This document shows, in pieces, positions 28,939 to 38,469 of a stretch of 64,000 nt of DNA. The position numbers and the translations under genes were made by a program. The notes under the pieces were generated by a model. That model saw only the letters and a program-made list of their open reading frames with translations, made no database searches and was not told where the DNA came from. How positions within the stretch are numbered: position 1 is the stretch's first letter; every line of letters begins with the position of its first letter. This DNA comes from an uncultured Candidatus Saccharibacteria bacterium (GTDB taxonomy: Bacteria; Patescibacteriota; CPR2; UBA1875; CAIMLA01). The stretch lies in NCBI GenBank assembly GCA_964501135.1, contig CAZCRI010000005.1:14771-78770 (forward strand). Direction: 5' to 3'.

Positions 28939-30063
28939 TTACGCTTGTTGAGCCTTCAGATAGCCGAAGCCCATTTGAGTTAAAGCCCCAAATACTGTCC
29001 AGCCGACAACTAGGCCAAATACTCCACCGACAAATGGGATTACCGATACTAGAACGTAGAGAACTACGCCCAGTGATGCCGTCTTCCAATTCACCGTGAG
29101 CATCTCTTCTTTACGAAGGTATTTCCAAGCAAACGAACCGACTAGAAGCGCGGAAAGTGTACCGGTGAAGGCAAAAAATGCTAGATAAGCAAGGAATACG
29201 TACCAGAGGACTCCCCAGCCAACAAAAGTAATCAGGAGCAAGAGAAGGGCAAATGGGGTCACAACAATAGCTACAAATCCAACCCAGAAATTTCTGAGTG
29301 GTTTTACCATTGCGGCTTCCAAGACCTGTGCCGAAAACTTCGGAAGCAACTTGATGAATACTAGCAAGGAAATCAGGCCCATCAAAATACTGATTACAAT
29401 TCCACCAGCTCTATCGGCTACGGTCTGTCCCGCTGAATTCATGGTAGAAACTTTAGTAAACTCGGTTTTGCCAACTTTAGCGCCTGAAGCTATCGTAGCT
29501 TCCTGCTCGGCACTATACTTCAGCTTTCCCTCGATAACGGCGGCGGCATCAAGTTTGACTTCACCAGCGTTATACAACTCAACATCGCCAGCAGTCTTGC
29601 CGGAAATCGTTACCGTCCCGCCACTACTGCTCTTGACTGATCCCGAGATAGTGCCGCGCATATTTACCGTGCCGCCAAAGACAATCACATCTCCCGCAAC
29701 TACAGATTTGGTGCCAAGTGTAACCTCTCCGCCAAAGACAACAACGTCACCGCCAACCGTACCGTCCAAGGTAACAGTACCACCAGCAACTCGCAAGTTC
29801 CCCCCAGTAGCGCCAAACACATTCAAGGTTCCACCAGCTGCCAAGATGCTGTCCTCAACATCTCCATTTACGGTTACGGTTCCACCGGCAACGGCGAGGT
29901 CACCCAAGACATTCGCATCTACTGTTGGGTTCTCGCCCGCGAGGTAGAGATTCTTGGTTTTAGTTTCTTTAGATATCACCTCAGCAGACCGAAGGTCAGC
30001 TGCAAATGAGAAGACTGGGAAAACGACTACCAAAGCCGCTACAAGCCATAACATATTTTTCAT
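28939..30063 (-). CDS. secreted/membrane protein: signal peptide, N-terminal Gly/Val-rich beta-helix repeat domain (bactofilin/DUF4097-like), C-terminal 4-5 TM helices
   Basis: MKNMLWLVAALVVVFPVFSFA signal; repeats GDVxDSILAAGGTLNVFG / GGNLRVAGGTVTLDGTVGGDVVVFGGEVTL...; hydrophobic C-terminal third. Confidence 0.5.
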   Translation of the reverse strand: MKNMLWLVAALVVVFPVFSFAADLRSAEVISKETKTKNLYLAGENPTVDANVLGDLAVAGGTVTVNGDVEDSILAAGGTLNVFGATGGNLRVAGGTVTLDGTVGGDVVVFGGEVTLGTKSVVAGDVIVFGGTVNMRGTISGSVKSSSGGTVTISGKTAGDVELYNAGEVKLDAAAVIEGKLKYSAEQEATIASGAKVGKTEFTKVSTMNSAGQTVADRAGGIVISILMGLISLLVFIKLLPKFSAQVLEAAMVKPLRNFWVGFVAIVVTPFALLLLLITFVGWGVLWYVFLAYLAFFAFTGTLSALLVGSFAWKYLRKEEMLTVNWKTASLGVVLYVLVSVIPFVGGVFGLVVGWTVFGALTQMGFGYLKAQQA

Positions 30064-30153
30064 AATTCCCCTTACTATTAACTGATACTAATTATAATAC
30101 AACTGCAAAGAGAAAAAAGGATATTCTGTCGCTATCGAAATCGAAGGATAGTT

Positions 30154-30190
30154 ATTGACGATTTGCCATATTTGTTATAATATACCCTGT
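30154..30190 (+). promoter_or_regulatory. Candidate sigma70-type promoter for the 3-gene GC-rich cassette
   Basis: TTGACG -17 nt- TAATAT (tataat overlapping) upstream of 30243. Confidence 0.35.
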
Positions 30191-30242
30191 TCGTCCAATC
30201 AGAGAGATTTCCGAGTGAAATCTGAGAGGGGAAGGAAAGCAC

Positions 30243-30476
30243 ATGGGAGAGAAGAAGAGGAAGCAGCGCAATCGCAAGCCCGCAGAGGCACCTGCTGGAG
30301 CAACTCAGAAGAAGGTCTTCCGACTGCTCTGTGGGGTACTGCTTGCGGCACTTGCCGGATACATCGGCTTCGTAGCCGTGGCCTACGCACTGCGTAACTA
30401 CAGTGTCGTCGAAGACGCCACCGGCAAGGCCCGCGTCCTGCCGACGGCATCCGCCCTCGCCACCGAGACCAAGTAA
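30243..30476 (+). CDS. hypothetical small membrane-anchored protein (77 aa), GC-rich
   Basis: Lys/Arg-rich N-terminus then one TM helix; ~62% GC. Confidence 0.4.
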   Translation: MGEKKRKQRNRKPAEAPAGATQKKVFRLLCGVLLAALAGYIGFVAVAYALRNYSVVEDATGKARVLPTASALATETK

Positions 30477-30487
30477 GGGGGTTCAAG

Positions 30488-30820
30488 ATGCCCGGCCCGC
30501 TGCTTTGCGGCTTCATGAAGCCGCATCCATACGTTGCCTGCCGTGCTGCTGACCTCGCCGGTGAAGACCCTATCGATGTCATCGTGCGTGCTCGTCTGGC
30601 GGTTGCTACACTCTCCAGCTACCAAGTAATCGAGGCGCCCCTGTCACCGCTCTACGCCAAGATGTGGCAGCACGTCTTGATCGTGCGCAACAAGAACACC
30701 GGCGCCAAGCTGGCGCTATGTACCGACAACGGCGAAAGCTACTTCGCGCTCACAACTCAAGGCATGCGCAACGAGGAAGCTACCATGATTCTGAACACCC
30801 TCGTTGCCGACGACTTCTGA
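30488..30820 (+). CDS. hypothetical protein (110 aa), GC-rich
   Basis: ORF 12 nt after previous gene; no motif recognised. Confidence 0.4.
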   Translation: MPGPLLCGFMKPHPYVACRAADLAGEDPIDVIVRARLAVATLSSYQVIEAPLSPLYAKMWQHVLIVRNKNTGAKLALCTDNGESYFALTTQGMRNEEATMILNTLVADDF

Positions 30821-30844
30821 GTCAACGCCACGAGAGGAGGCAAG

Positions 30845-31210
30845 GTGTTCAATTCAGTGAAAGAGTATCCACGTATCGTTCACCTCTTCAGCGCCACCCG
30901 AGAGGAAGTCGAGAAGATCGAGCCGTTCCTCGCTCCGTACCACGCCTCGAAGGGCCCCGAGAAATACTATCCGAGCCTGGACGACCACGACAAGATTCTT
31001 GCAAACAACGGTTGGATGCTCGGAGGTCCCTTCCACGAGGAGAGGATTGACGGTGAGAGCTACAAGGCCGTCTACGTCGCGGTCAACCGATCCTCGGCAG
31101 TAGTCGTAATCGCTGCATTCGTCGAGCAGCGTACTGAAGCCAAGTTCTACGTTGGGAAGGTCAATCGGGAATATGCATCCCAGCTGGAATATGCCCTTCC
31201 CACCAACTAG
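30845..31210 (+). CDS. hypothetical protein (121 aa), GC-rich
   Basis: GTG start preceded by AGGAGG RBS; no motif recognised. Confidence 0.4.
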   Translation: MFNSVKEYPRIVHLFSATREEVEKIEPFLAPYHASKGPEKYYPSLDDHDKILANNGWMLGGPFHEERIDGESYKAVYVAVNRSSAVVVIAAFVEQRTEAKFYVGKVNREYASQLEYALPTN

Positions 31211-31231
31211 CACACATGTCGTGTGCACCTG

Positions 31232-31275
31232 CCCCGCCTGCATACAGCAACGTCCCGTTGCTCTTGCGAGCGGGG
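31232..31275 (+). terminator. Compound GC-rich hairpin after the 3-gene cassette
   Basis: ccccgc...(inner hairpin agcaacg-tcc-cgttgct)...gcgggg followed by a T-rich tract. Confidence 0.4.
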
Positions 31276-31515
31276 CGTTGTCATTTATGTTCTCTTTTGA
31301 CATGCTTCGAAAGAAGTCGAGGTGCATTACTTCTTCGATACCTTTCTCTTGAAAGAAAGGTACCCTAAAGTTCAAGAAAAATCGAACTCCTTCGACTCTG
31401 TACGAAATTTTGCTAAAGCAATAATTTCTAGCATTCGTCGATAGTCGGGGCTGCGAACCCGAGCGATTTTTAAAGGGCTCAGAACGGTATTTTGCAGGTC
31501 ACGGAAGAGAAGATA

Positions 31516-31797
31516 CTATTTCTTAAAGATATCGCCAAATTTATTTGGAACGGGGTCATTTCCGCCGTGGCTCCAAGGATTACAACGCATGATTCGCCAG
31601 AAGCCGATTATGCCGCCCCTTATAACCCCGTGTCTCACTATCGATTGCTTCGTATATTCTGAGCACGTGGGGTAATACTTGCAGTAGCCATGGGGATATA
31701 ACGGTTTTAAAAAACCGTGATCGGGAGAAATCGTTTTCTGATATAGAGTGATTAAGGCCACAAAAGGCCAACGGATGATCTTATTTAGCGTCTTCAT
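31516..31797 (-). CDS. yidD: membrane protein insertion efficiency factor YidD
   Basis: YCKYYPTCSEYTKQSIVRHG (CxxxPTCSxY motif); 93 aa; follows rnpA. Confidence 0.85.
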   Translation of the reverse strand: MKTLNKIIRWPFVALITLYQKTISPDHGFLKPLYPHGYCKYYPTCSEYTKQSIVRHGVIRGGIIGFWRIMRCNPWSHGGNDPVPNKFGDIFKK

Positions 31798-31893
31798 AAC
31801 TACTTCCCCTTAAATATTCTTCGAACGAAGCCAAATCGCTGAGTCGAGAAGCCTGCGGCTCTCCACAATGTCGAGCAATATCGGCTTTGACGA

Positions 31894-32244
31894 CTATTTT
31901 TCGTCGGTAAAGAGTCCTAACCGTTTAAATGAATTGAGCAGATCCTTCTCCAAAGCTTTGTAGTCAGCGTTCATTGCTGGGGCCTTGATAGAGATGATGA
32001 TGCTCTGACCACCTTTGAGCCGAGGATAGGCCAGCCGAGCTGCCTCACGTACTTTTCGCTTCATGGCATTGCGATCATGGGCTTTCTTCGCCGCCTTCTT
32101 GCTAGCAACTACGCCGATTTTCGTGACGCCATAGCGATTGGGTAATACGTTTACACTAAGAAGCGCGGTCGCATTATAACGACCGCGCCTATATATAGTT
32201 TGAAAATCCTTGTTATCAGTAAGCCTGTGGGCTTTACTTAGCAT
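31894..32244 (-). CDS. rnpA: ribonuclease P protein component
   Basis: 116 aa basic protein, [36 protein letters not shown] (RNR-like motif); directly after rpmH. Confidence 0.85.
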   Translation of the reverse strand: MLSKAHRLTDNKDFQTIYRRGRYNATALLSVNVLPNRYGVTKIGVVASKKAAKKAHDRNAMKRKVREAARLAYPRLKGGQSIIISIKAPAMNADYKALEKDLLNSFKRLGLFTDEK

Positions 32245-32387
32245 AAGCCGTAGGAGTCAGCTTCTTGCGACCCTTGAGACGTCGTGCCTTAAGCACTTTA
32301 CGACCAGCAGCAGTAGCCATACGCACGAGAAATCCGTGAGTCTTGCCGACATGTGCTTTCTTTGGTTGGAATGTTCTTTTGCTCATT
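32238..32387 (-). CDS. rpmH: 50S ribosomal protein L34 (too short for the supplied ORF track)
   Basis: Minus-strand translation [49 protein letters not shown]; overlaps the rnpA start. Confidence 0.85.
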
Positions 32388-32456
32388 TGAAACCTTGTAC
32401 TATGTTATTTGGCGCTTTAACCTAGGTATTCTAGCATAAATTGCCGTCTCGGTCAA

Positions 32457-33383
32457 TTATTTAGAAGCGTTTAGATACTCCTCTATAGCCGGAACAATCT
32501 GTTTCTTGCGCGATAAGACGCCTGGGCAATCTAGAATCGAATCTGTGGTAGTACCACCAAATGCAGCTTCTACAAGAGCTTTTTCGTCTTCGCCAACCAC
32601 TACAAAGTCACCCTTTTGCTCAAGAATATCAATAACGGCAAATAGAATATAATCGAGCTGATCGGCGCTCTTTTTTGTCGCGAGGGCTTCTAGAATCTCG
32701 GCCTTTCGCTCGAACACCACGGCCGGCAAAACTGTTTCCCAAACACCGATACCAACTTTTTTATCAGCAAGATTAAATACCTTATAGTCCTTGCCGATTA
32801 ATTCAGCGGTAGTCATAGCGGAAATATCTGACTTTGCGGCAAAAAGCTCCGTTGCTAGCTCATCAATGTTAACTCCAGTAATAGTTGCGAGTGCCGCCAC
32901 TACTTCCCTATCTCTATCTGTAGTCGTTGGCGAAGTAAGTTTGAGGGTATCGGAGATGACCCCGGAAAGCAGAATTCCAGCCACTTCTTTGCTTGGTGCT
33001 ACATTATGTTTTTCGTAGCTGCCATAAATAATTGTGGCCGTGGAACCAACCGGACGCATCGTCACCGAGATTGGACCGCTAGTTGCAAGCCCACCAAGCT
33101 TGTGGTGATCAAAAATACCAACGATTTGTTCTGTTTCCACGTTTCCGTGGATTTGATCACATTCGTTGTGATCAACGAGAACAACTGACTTCTCTCCAGA
33201 AGGAATTAAAGCAGGGACTGTGAATCCAAACTTCGTAAGTACCAGCAAAGTCTCCTTGTTTAAGTCACCAGCAACAGCCGCCTCAAAGTCTTTACCCATT
33301 GCCTTCTTTAGCTCCGCAAGTGCGACGGCAGAAACCACCGAATCTGTGTCTGGATTTGTATGTCCTACGATATAGGTTTTCAT
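32457..33383 (-). CDS. ppaC: family II (Mn-dependent, DHH-type) inorganic pyrophosphatase
   Basis: HTNPDTDSVVSAVA, VDHNE, FDHHK DHH motifs; 308 aa. Confidence 0.8.
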   Translation of the reverse strand: MKTYIVGHTNPDTDSVVSAVALAELKKAMGKDFEAAVAGDLNKETLLVLTKFGFTVPALIPSGEKSVVLVDHNECDQIHGNVETEQIVGIFDHHKLGGLATSGPISVTMRPVGSTATIIYGSYEKHNVAPSKEVAGILLSGVISDTLKLTSPTTTDRDREVVAALATITGVNIDELATELFAAKSDISAMTTAELIGKDYKVFNLADKKVGIGVWETVLPAVVFERKAEILEALATKKSADQLDYILFAVIDILEQKGDFVVVGEDEKALVEAAFGGTTTDSILDCPGVLSRKKQIVPAIEEYLNASK

Positions 33384-34138
33384 ATTTTCTCCCCTTTTCT
33401 TTCTTGAAATATCCGCTCAACCTCAGCGAGCTGCTCGGGTGTATTTACGCCAAGCGTTTCCTTGGCATTACAAGCTGTAAAAACCCGGATCTTACCACCT
33501 TCATGCTTTATTATACCAAGAACATCTGTAAGATAGTATTCACCCTGAGCATTACCGGTCCCAACACGGTGAAGCGCCTGGAATAATTTACCTGCATTAA
33601 AGGCATAAACACCGGTATTAACTTCTTTGACCAGCTTCTCTTCTGCAGTCGCATCTTTCTCCTCGACAATACGGTCCAGATGCCCCTCTGTATCTCGAAT
33701 AATCCGGCCGTAGGCATATGGATCATCCATCATGGCCGTAAGCACGGTAACGTCTGCCCCGGTCTCCAAATGATAGCTAAGAAGCTTCGTAATAGTCCCC
33801 GGGGAAATTAGAGGTGTATCCCCAGCAAGAACCACTACCGTAGCGTCCGGTTCAGAGATCAAACCCTCCGCCATTAATACCGCGTGTCCGGTACCCTTCT
33901 GTTCTTCTTGTAGAGCATAGCTAACTTTGTGATTAAGCTTCCCCTTTACATGATCAGCTCGGTGCCCAACCACGAGGATATTGTTGTCGATTCCTGCTTT
34001 TTCGGCAGCCAAAATCACATGACTCGCCATCGTGACACCGCCAACGGTATGAAGGACTTTCGGCAGGTCGGAACCCATCCGAGTACCTTTTCCTGCGGCT
34101 AGAATAATTGAATATATTTTCTTCATTTTGCTCTCCAA
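33380..34138 (-). CDS. sugar-1-phosphate nucleotidyltransferase, GlmU N-terminal-domain-like (no left-handed beta-helix acetyltransferase domain)
   Basis: IILAAGKGTRMGSDLPKVLHTVGG (G-x-G-T-R NTP-transferase motif), 252 aa. Confidence 0.7.
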   Translation of the reverse strand: MESKMKKIYSIILAAGKGTRMGSDLPKVLHTVGGVTMASHVILAAEKAGIDNNILVVGHRADHVKGKLNHKVSYALQEEQKGTGHAVLMAEGLISEPDATVVVLAGDTPLISPGTITKLLSYHLETGADVTVLTAMMDDPYAYGRIIRDTEGHLDRIVEEKDATAEEKLVKEVNTGVYAFNAGKLFQALHRVGTGNAQGEYYLTDVLGIIKHEGGKIRVFTACNAKETLGVNTPEQLAEVERIFQERKGEKI

Positions 34139-34189
34139 ATAAAAATGGCCTTTCGGCCGCTTAATTCTACCAAATTAATCAATCAAATT

Positions 34190-35233
34190 CTAGGATTTAA
34201 CCTTCCGTTTGATCTCAATAAGTCCTAGCTTCCAGGCAACCGCGAAGAGGACAGCAGCAGTAATGGCAAAGGTAGTTACGGCCTGAGGGTTTGTCATGTG
34301 GGTAGAAAGAATCGCAATCACGCCAAGAATAATATTAACTCCGTAGATTATAAAGGCGGTTTGCTTATGGCTAAAGCCCTTGTGCATGATTCGGTGATGA
34401 AGATGAGCGCTATCCGGCTCAAAGGGGCTCTTTCCTAAAAGTAAACGACGAACGATTGCAAATCCGGTATCAAAGATTGGAATCGCGAGGACTAGCATTG
34501 GTAACAGCATCGAGAAGGCCGCCGCAACCTTAACCATACCCATGATAGAAACTACGGCCAGCGAATACCCTAGGAAGTTTGAGCCAGCATCTCCCATAAA
34601 CATCTTCCGATTGTGGTCACTCGTAAAGTTAGTTGGCAAGAATGCAAAGGCAGCTGCACCAATAGTAAATGCAAGGACTGCGGCGTCATATCGTCCAGAG
34701 AGAATTGCCACTATCCCCAAGGTCCAAGCCGAAATCCCCGAGACTCCGGCAGCAAGACCATCTAAGCCATCTAGGAAATTGATTGCATTTGCGACGCCCA
34801 CAATCCAGATAAAGGTAAAAGGCAAAGAGAGGAACCCTAGATTAATTAGTCCTCCATCTGCAGGATTACCAACAAACTCAATACGAACTCCAGAATATAT
34901 TACGATGAGCGCTGCTAGAATCTGCCCGAAAAATTTGGTAATTGGAGGCAAGTCAAAAATATCGTCTAGTAGTCCGATGCCGGTGATTACAGTACCGCCA
35001 AGCAAAAAGCCTAAAACCTCGGGGCTAGTGCGGTTAAAAAAGAGAATAGCGATTAAGAATCCAAAGAAAATTGCCACGCCTCCGCTCTGTGGGACGGCGA
35101 AGCTATGCTGCTTACGCTCATTCGGCAACGCCATAGCCCCAACCTTCTCAGAGAGACGACGGACAATCGGTAGAAGTATCATCGTAACTACCGCTGCAAA
35201 TAAGGGTAATATAAATAGTTTTGGAGTAATCAT
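34190..35233 (-). CDS. polyprenyl-phosphate N-acetylhexosamine-1-phosphate transferase (MraY/WecA/TagO family) - initiating enzyme
   Basis: ~10 TM helices, GLLDDIFDLPP, NAINFLDGLDGL motifs; 347 aa. Confidence 0.8.
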   Translation of the reverse strand: MITPKLFILPLFAAVVTMILLPIVRRLSEKVGAMALPNERKQHSFAVPQSGGVAIFFGFLIAILFFNRTSPEVLGFLLGGTVITGIGLLDDIFDLPPITKFFGQILAALIVIYSGVRIEFVGNPADGGLINLGFLSLPFTFIWIVGVANAINFLDGLDGLAAGVSGISAWTLGIVAILSGRYDAAVLAFTIGAAAFAFLPTNFTSDHNRKMFMGDAGSNFLGYSLAVVSIMGMVKVAAAFSMLLPMLVLAIPIFDTGFAIVRRLLLGKSPFEPDSAHLHHRIMHKGFSHKQTAFIIYGVNIILGVIAILSTHMTNPQAVTTFAITAAVLFAVAWKLGLIEIKRKVKS

Positions 35234-35275
35234 CTTCGAGAATTATCTTACCACAACCAGAAGTAATTGAGGATA

Positions 35276-36355
35276 TTAAAATTTAGTCGCAGCTTTAGAA
35301 TAGACGTCTTCAATTTGTTTAATCCATGACTTAATACTAAATCTACGGATGGCATCTTCACGAGCATTTATACCGTAAACTGCCAGATTTTCGTGGCTAT
35401 TAATAGCGAGGTCCATAACAGCGGCAATAGATGCCGGAGACATCCCCTTTGAAATTAGTCCTGTCTCACCGTCTTTGATAAGTTCCGGCAAACTACCTGC
35501 GGGTGTTATTATTATTGGTTTTCCGGCATACATCGCTTCCGCAACGGTTATTCCGAACCCCTCCTCTAAAGAAGGCTGAATATAGATATCTACTTCAGAC
35601 AATGCTTTCGCTACGTCTGTCGTAAACCCTTTTAAGAATACCTTTTCTTCCAAGTGATATCTTTTGATTAACGCCTCCAGTTCGTCCCTCTCGTCACCTT
35701 CACCCCAGATGTATACCTTGAATTCATCTTCTCTTAAAAGACTTGCTGCTTCAATCAGCCCATGATAGCCCTTCTTATAATGTAGCCTACCGAGACTGCC
35801 GAATACTAAAGGCAGATCAACTGATTTTGTTAGCAGAGGGATTTCTTTAACCCCGTTATATATTACTGTTATATGCGAGGGCTTCACGCCGAGCTTTATT
35901 GTTTCTCTTTCCAAGAATTCCGAAACAACTACATATTCCTGAGTTAACCTTCTCAAACTTACAAACGTCGCCCAAAAAAGCAAACGCTTCACCCCTTTAT
36001 AATCAAACTTATAGTCACTGTGGATTGTTATCAGATGAGGAATTTTTGCTTTTTTTGCCGCTAATCGTGAGAAGAAATTTGCTACTAGGCCTTGAGAGGT
36101 AACAAGTTCAAATCTATGGTCTAGCAGTTGTTTCGCAATCATATTTATAGAAAATAATTGATACCATTTGGTATTAAGCTCGACGACATTGTAGCCGCTA
36201 CTTGCCAGCACTTCAGTCAACTGCCACTTACCCATACTGACCAAGGTTAACTCAAGCTTTTTTGGGTCAATAGTTTCAAACATCTGTTTTATATATGTTT
36301 CGACACCACCCCAATTTGCAGCACCTGCATAAAATATTGCTATCTTTTTAGGCAT
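35276..36355 (-). CDS. GT-B glycosyltransferase (CAZy GT4-type, Glycos_transf_1)
   Basis: C-terminal EGFGITVAEAMYAGKPIIITPAGSLPELI; 359 aa. Confidence 0.75.
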   Translation of the reverse strand: MPKKIAIFYAGAANWGGVETYIKQMFETIDPKKLELTLVSMGKWQLTEVLASSGYNVVELNTKWYQLFSINMIAKQLLDHRFELVTSQGLVANFFSRLAAKKAKIPHLITIHSDYKFDYKGVKRLLFWATFVSLRRLTQEYVVVSEFLERETIKLGVKPSHITVIYNGVKEIPLLTKSVDLPLVFGSLGRLHYKKGYHGLIEAASLLREDEFKVYIWGEGDERDELEALIKRYHLEEKVFLKGFTTDVAKALSEVDIYIQPSLEEGFGITVAEAMYAGKPIIITPAGSLPELIKDGETGLISKGMSPASIAAVMDLAINSHENLAVYGINAREDAIRRFSIKSWIKQIEDVYSKAATKF

Positions 36356-37196
36356 TTGTAACTTTCCAGGAGACTATCCTAACTACAAATAACGGCACAG
36401 CATCCCAAACTCTTCGCACTCTGCCTCCCCCGGTTAGATCTTTATTCATAAAAAGACGCCACAACCACTCCAAGCCTAGGCGATTCAGCCAGATTGGCGC
36501 TTTTCTTTTAGGTGAGGCGACTCTATCAAACGTGCCTCCTTCGCCTACAGCTATTTTGACCGTTTCCAACTTATCAAGGTTCTCTTCTATCCAATACTCC
36601 TGCTTCGGAGATCCTAGCGCAACAAATAAAACCTTAGCCCCACTACTATTAATGTTGGCGACCACCTCTTCGGTATCAAAACCGTAACCACTGGTACTGC
36701 CGACTATCTTCAGACCCCTATGTGCCGTCTCTAACCTACGTATAGCCTGATCAAGTATCTCCTGCTGTGCACCAAAAATGTAGACTCCGGATTTTTCCTG
36801 TACAGCCGCTTCTACTATCAGCTCCAAGGCTTCAACCCCAGGAAAACTACAAGGGATAGGAGTCTCGATGAATTTTGGTTTTAGAACGATTAGCATCCCG
36901 CTATAAATCATCTGCAGTATACATTGGGCTACTCTTAGAGGCTTATTCTTTGTAGCAGGCATTGAAAGGTATTTGGCAGCCCAAAGCACCCCGCGTCCAT
37001 CCGCGATATTCAAACGACCGCTTTCAAGAAGTTTTTGGAAATTACTATCCGTCATTGCTCTAGATAGATACTCGGTGTTTATTTTAGCTATCACCAACTT
37101 ACCCGGAGAAACTAACTTTCTTCTAAGCGCTAGTTGAAACTGCTCACGATTATAGCAAGCTATTGGAATGGAAAATATTGAAAATTGATTATCCAT
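36348..37196 (-). CDS. WecG/TagA/CpsF-family (GT26) glycosyltransferase
   Basis: IADGRGVLWAAKYL and downstream conserved core typical of TagA/WecG; 282 aa. Confidence 0.7.
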   Translation of the reverse strand: MDNQFSIFSIPIACYNREQFQLALRRKLVSPGKLVIAKINTEYLSRAMTDSNFQKLLESGRLNIADGRGVLWAAKYLSMPATKNKPLRVAQCILQMIYSGMLIVLKPKFIETPIPCSFPGVEALELIVEAAVQEKSGVYIFGAQQEILDQAIRRLETAHRGLKIVGSTSGYGFDTEEVVANINSSGAKVLFVALGSPKQEYWIEENLDKLETVKIAVGEGGTFDRVASPKRKAPIWLNRLGLEWLWRLFMNKDLTGGGRVRRVWDAVPLFVVRIVSWKVTNA

Positions 37197-37278
37197 CTAT
37201 GTCGTTCCCATCTTATCCCAACAAAACTTACTTATAGTGCCGATTGCTGTGAGCCTTTTTATCACGATTTATTCCCGC

Positions 37279-38469
37279 TTATTGCCACTTATAATCGATA
37301 TCGCAAATCCCTGTGCTCTTCTTGTCTCCAACGACGGAAAACCCTTTCGCTTCAATTATTGCATGTATCCGGTCGGACTCACGCGGTCCCATCAACGTAA
37401 CGTTTAGGTGGTAATTCCCCGGAGCAAGAGGCAATTTGGACAGGTTTAGCTCGATACTTATGCTACCTTCGGCTTTAGCAACGTACTTCATACCGCTATA
37501 GAAGGTATTTGTATCAAAACAATTTACTTCGTCCTTAAAGATACCAACAGCCGCATTCAAGACTTCCTCTTGGTGATTAGGATTATAGCAATCCATAACA
37601 ATCCTGATTGTATCTCCTACCGTAATGGGTCCTGAAACCTCATCTGATCCCTTGAGTATCTTCACACTCTTTATCCTTGGGTAATCAGAGTTCCGACCTT
37701 CTAACTCCCCGGCCTTAACAACTTCGGTAGGTTTATTGTTCAATTCCTCATATGCATTGGTAACAGATTCTGGGTCTCCCCCAGCTGTAATTCTTCCTTC
37801 ATTGATCAGGATAACTTTATTACAGAAACGATTAACGGCCGACATATTATGCGAAACAAAAACTATCGTTCTCCCTTCTTTCTTTAGTCGAACAAAGACT
37901 TCGTCGCATTTCCTCTGAAAATTTGTGTCTCCAACAGCCAAAACTTCGTCCAGAAGAATGATTGGGGCATGAGCGTGAATTGCGACAGAAAAAGCCAATC
38001 TCACTTGCATCCCGCTAGAGTAATTCTTTAGTCTTTGGTCCATAAAATTTAAAAGTTCTGCAAATGATACTATCTCATCATAGCGCGCTTCGATTTCTTT
38101 CTGAGACAAGCCCAAAATTGCACCATTTAAGAAAACATTTTCTCTTCCTGTCAGTTCCGGATTAAAGCCTACTCCGAGCTCGAGAAATGGACTTATCTTG
38201 CCGTTAATCTTTAGGCTACCGGAGTCAAAAGTATAGATACCGGCAAGTATTTTCAAAAGGGTACTTTTACCGCTGCCGTTTTTGCCCACAATCCCGAAGA
38301 AATCACCCTCGTAGATATCAAAACTTACGCCCTTAAGCACATTAAATTCGGTATAGCTCTTCTTCTTGAAAAAGCTGACAACTGCCTGCTTCATAGAGGT
38401 GTGCTTTTCGTGCGGGATCCGAAATGTCTTTTTTATATCCTTTGCAGAAATCACTACATTATGCCCCAT
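37279..38469 (-). CDS. ABC transporter ATP-binding protein, TagH/Wzt-type polysaccharide/teichoic-acid exporter with extra C-terminal domain
   Basis: Walker A GKNGSGKSTLLK, signature YSSGMQVRLAFSVA, Walker B ILLDEV; 396 aa with ~150-aa C-terminal extension. Confidence 0.85.
   Translation of the reverse strand: MGHNVVISAKDIKKTFRIPHEKHTSMKQAVVSFFKKKSYTEFNVLKGVSFDIYEGDFFGIVGKNGSGKSTLLKILAGIYTFDSGSLKINGKISPFLELGVGFNPELTGRENVFLNGAILGLSQKEIEARYDEIVSFAELLNFMDQRLKNYSSGMQVRLAFSVAIHAHAPIILLDEVLAVGDTNFQRKCDEVFVRLKKEGRTIVFVSHNMSAVNRFCNKVILINEGRITAGGDPESVTNAYEELNNKPTEVVKAGELEGRNSDYPRIKSVKILKGSDEVSGPITVGDTIRIVMDCYNPNHQEEVLNAAVGIFKDEVNCFDTNTFYSGMKYVAKAEGSISIELNLSKLPLAPGNYHLNVTLMGPRESDRIHAIIEAKGFSVVGDKKSTGICDIDYKWQ

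Noticed and set aside
29351-29947. 198-aa plus-strand ORF antisense to the beta-helix repeat protein
   Set aside because: Repetitive Gly/Val codons give an open antisense frame; Pro/Thr-rich low-complexity product.
30199-30625. Minus-strand ORFs 30199..30582 and 30398..30625 in the GC-rich cassette
   Set aside because: High GC inflates ORF length on all frames; plus-strand genes have RBS, promoter and terminator support, the minus-strand ones do not.
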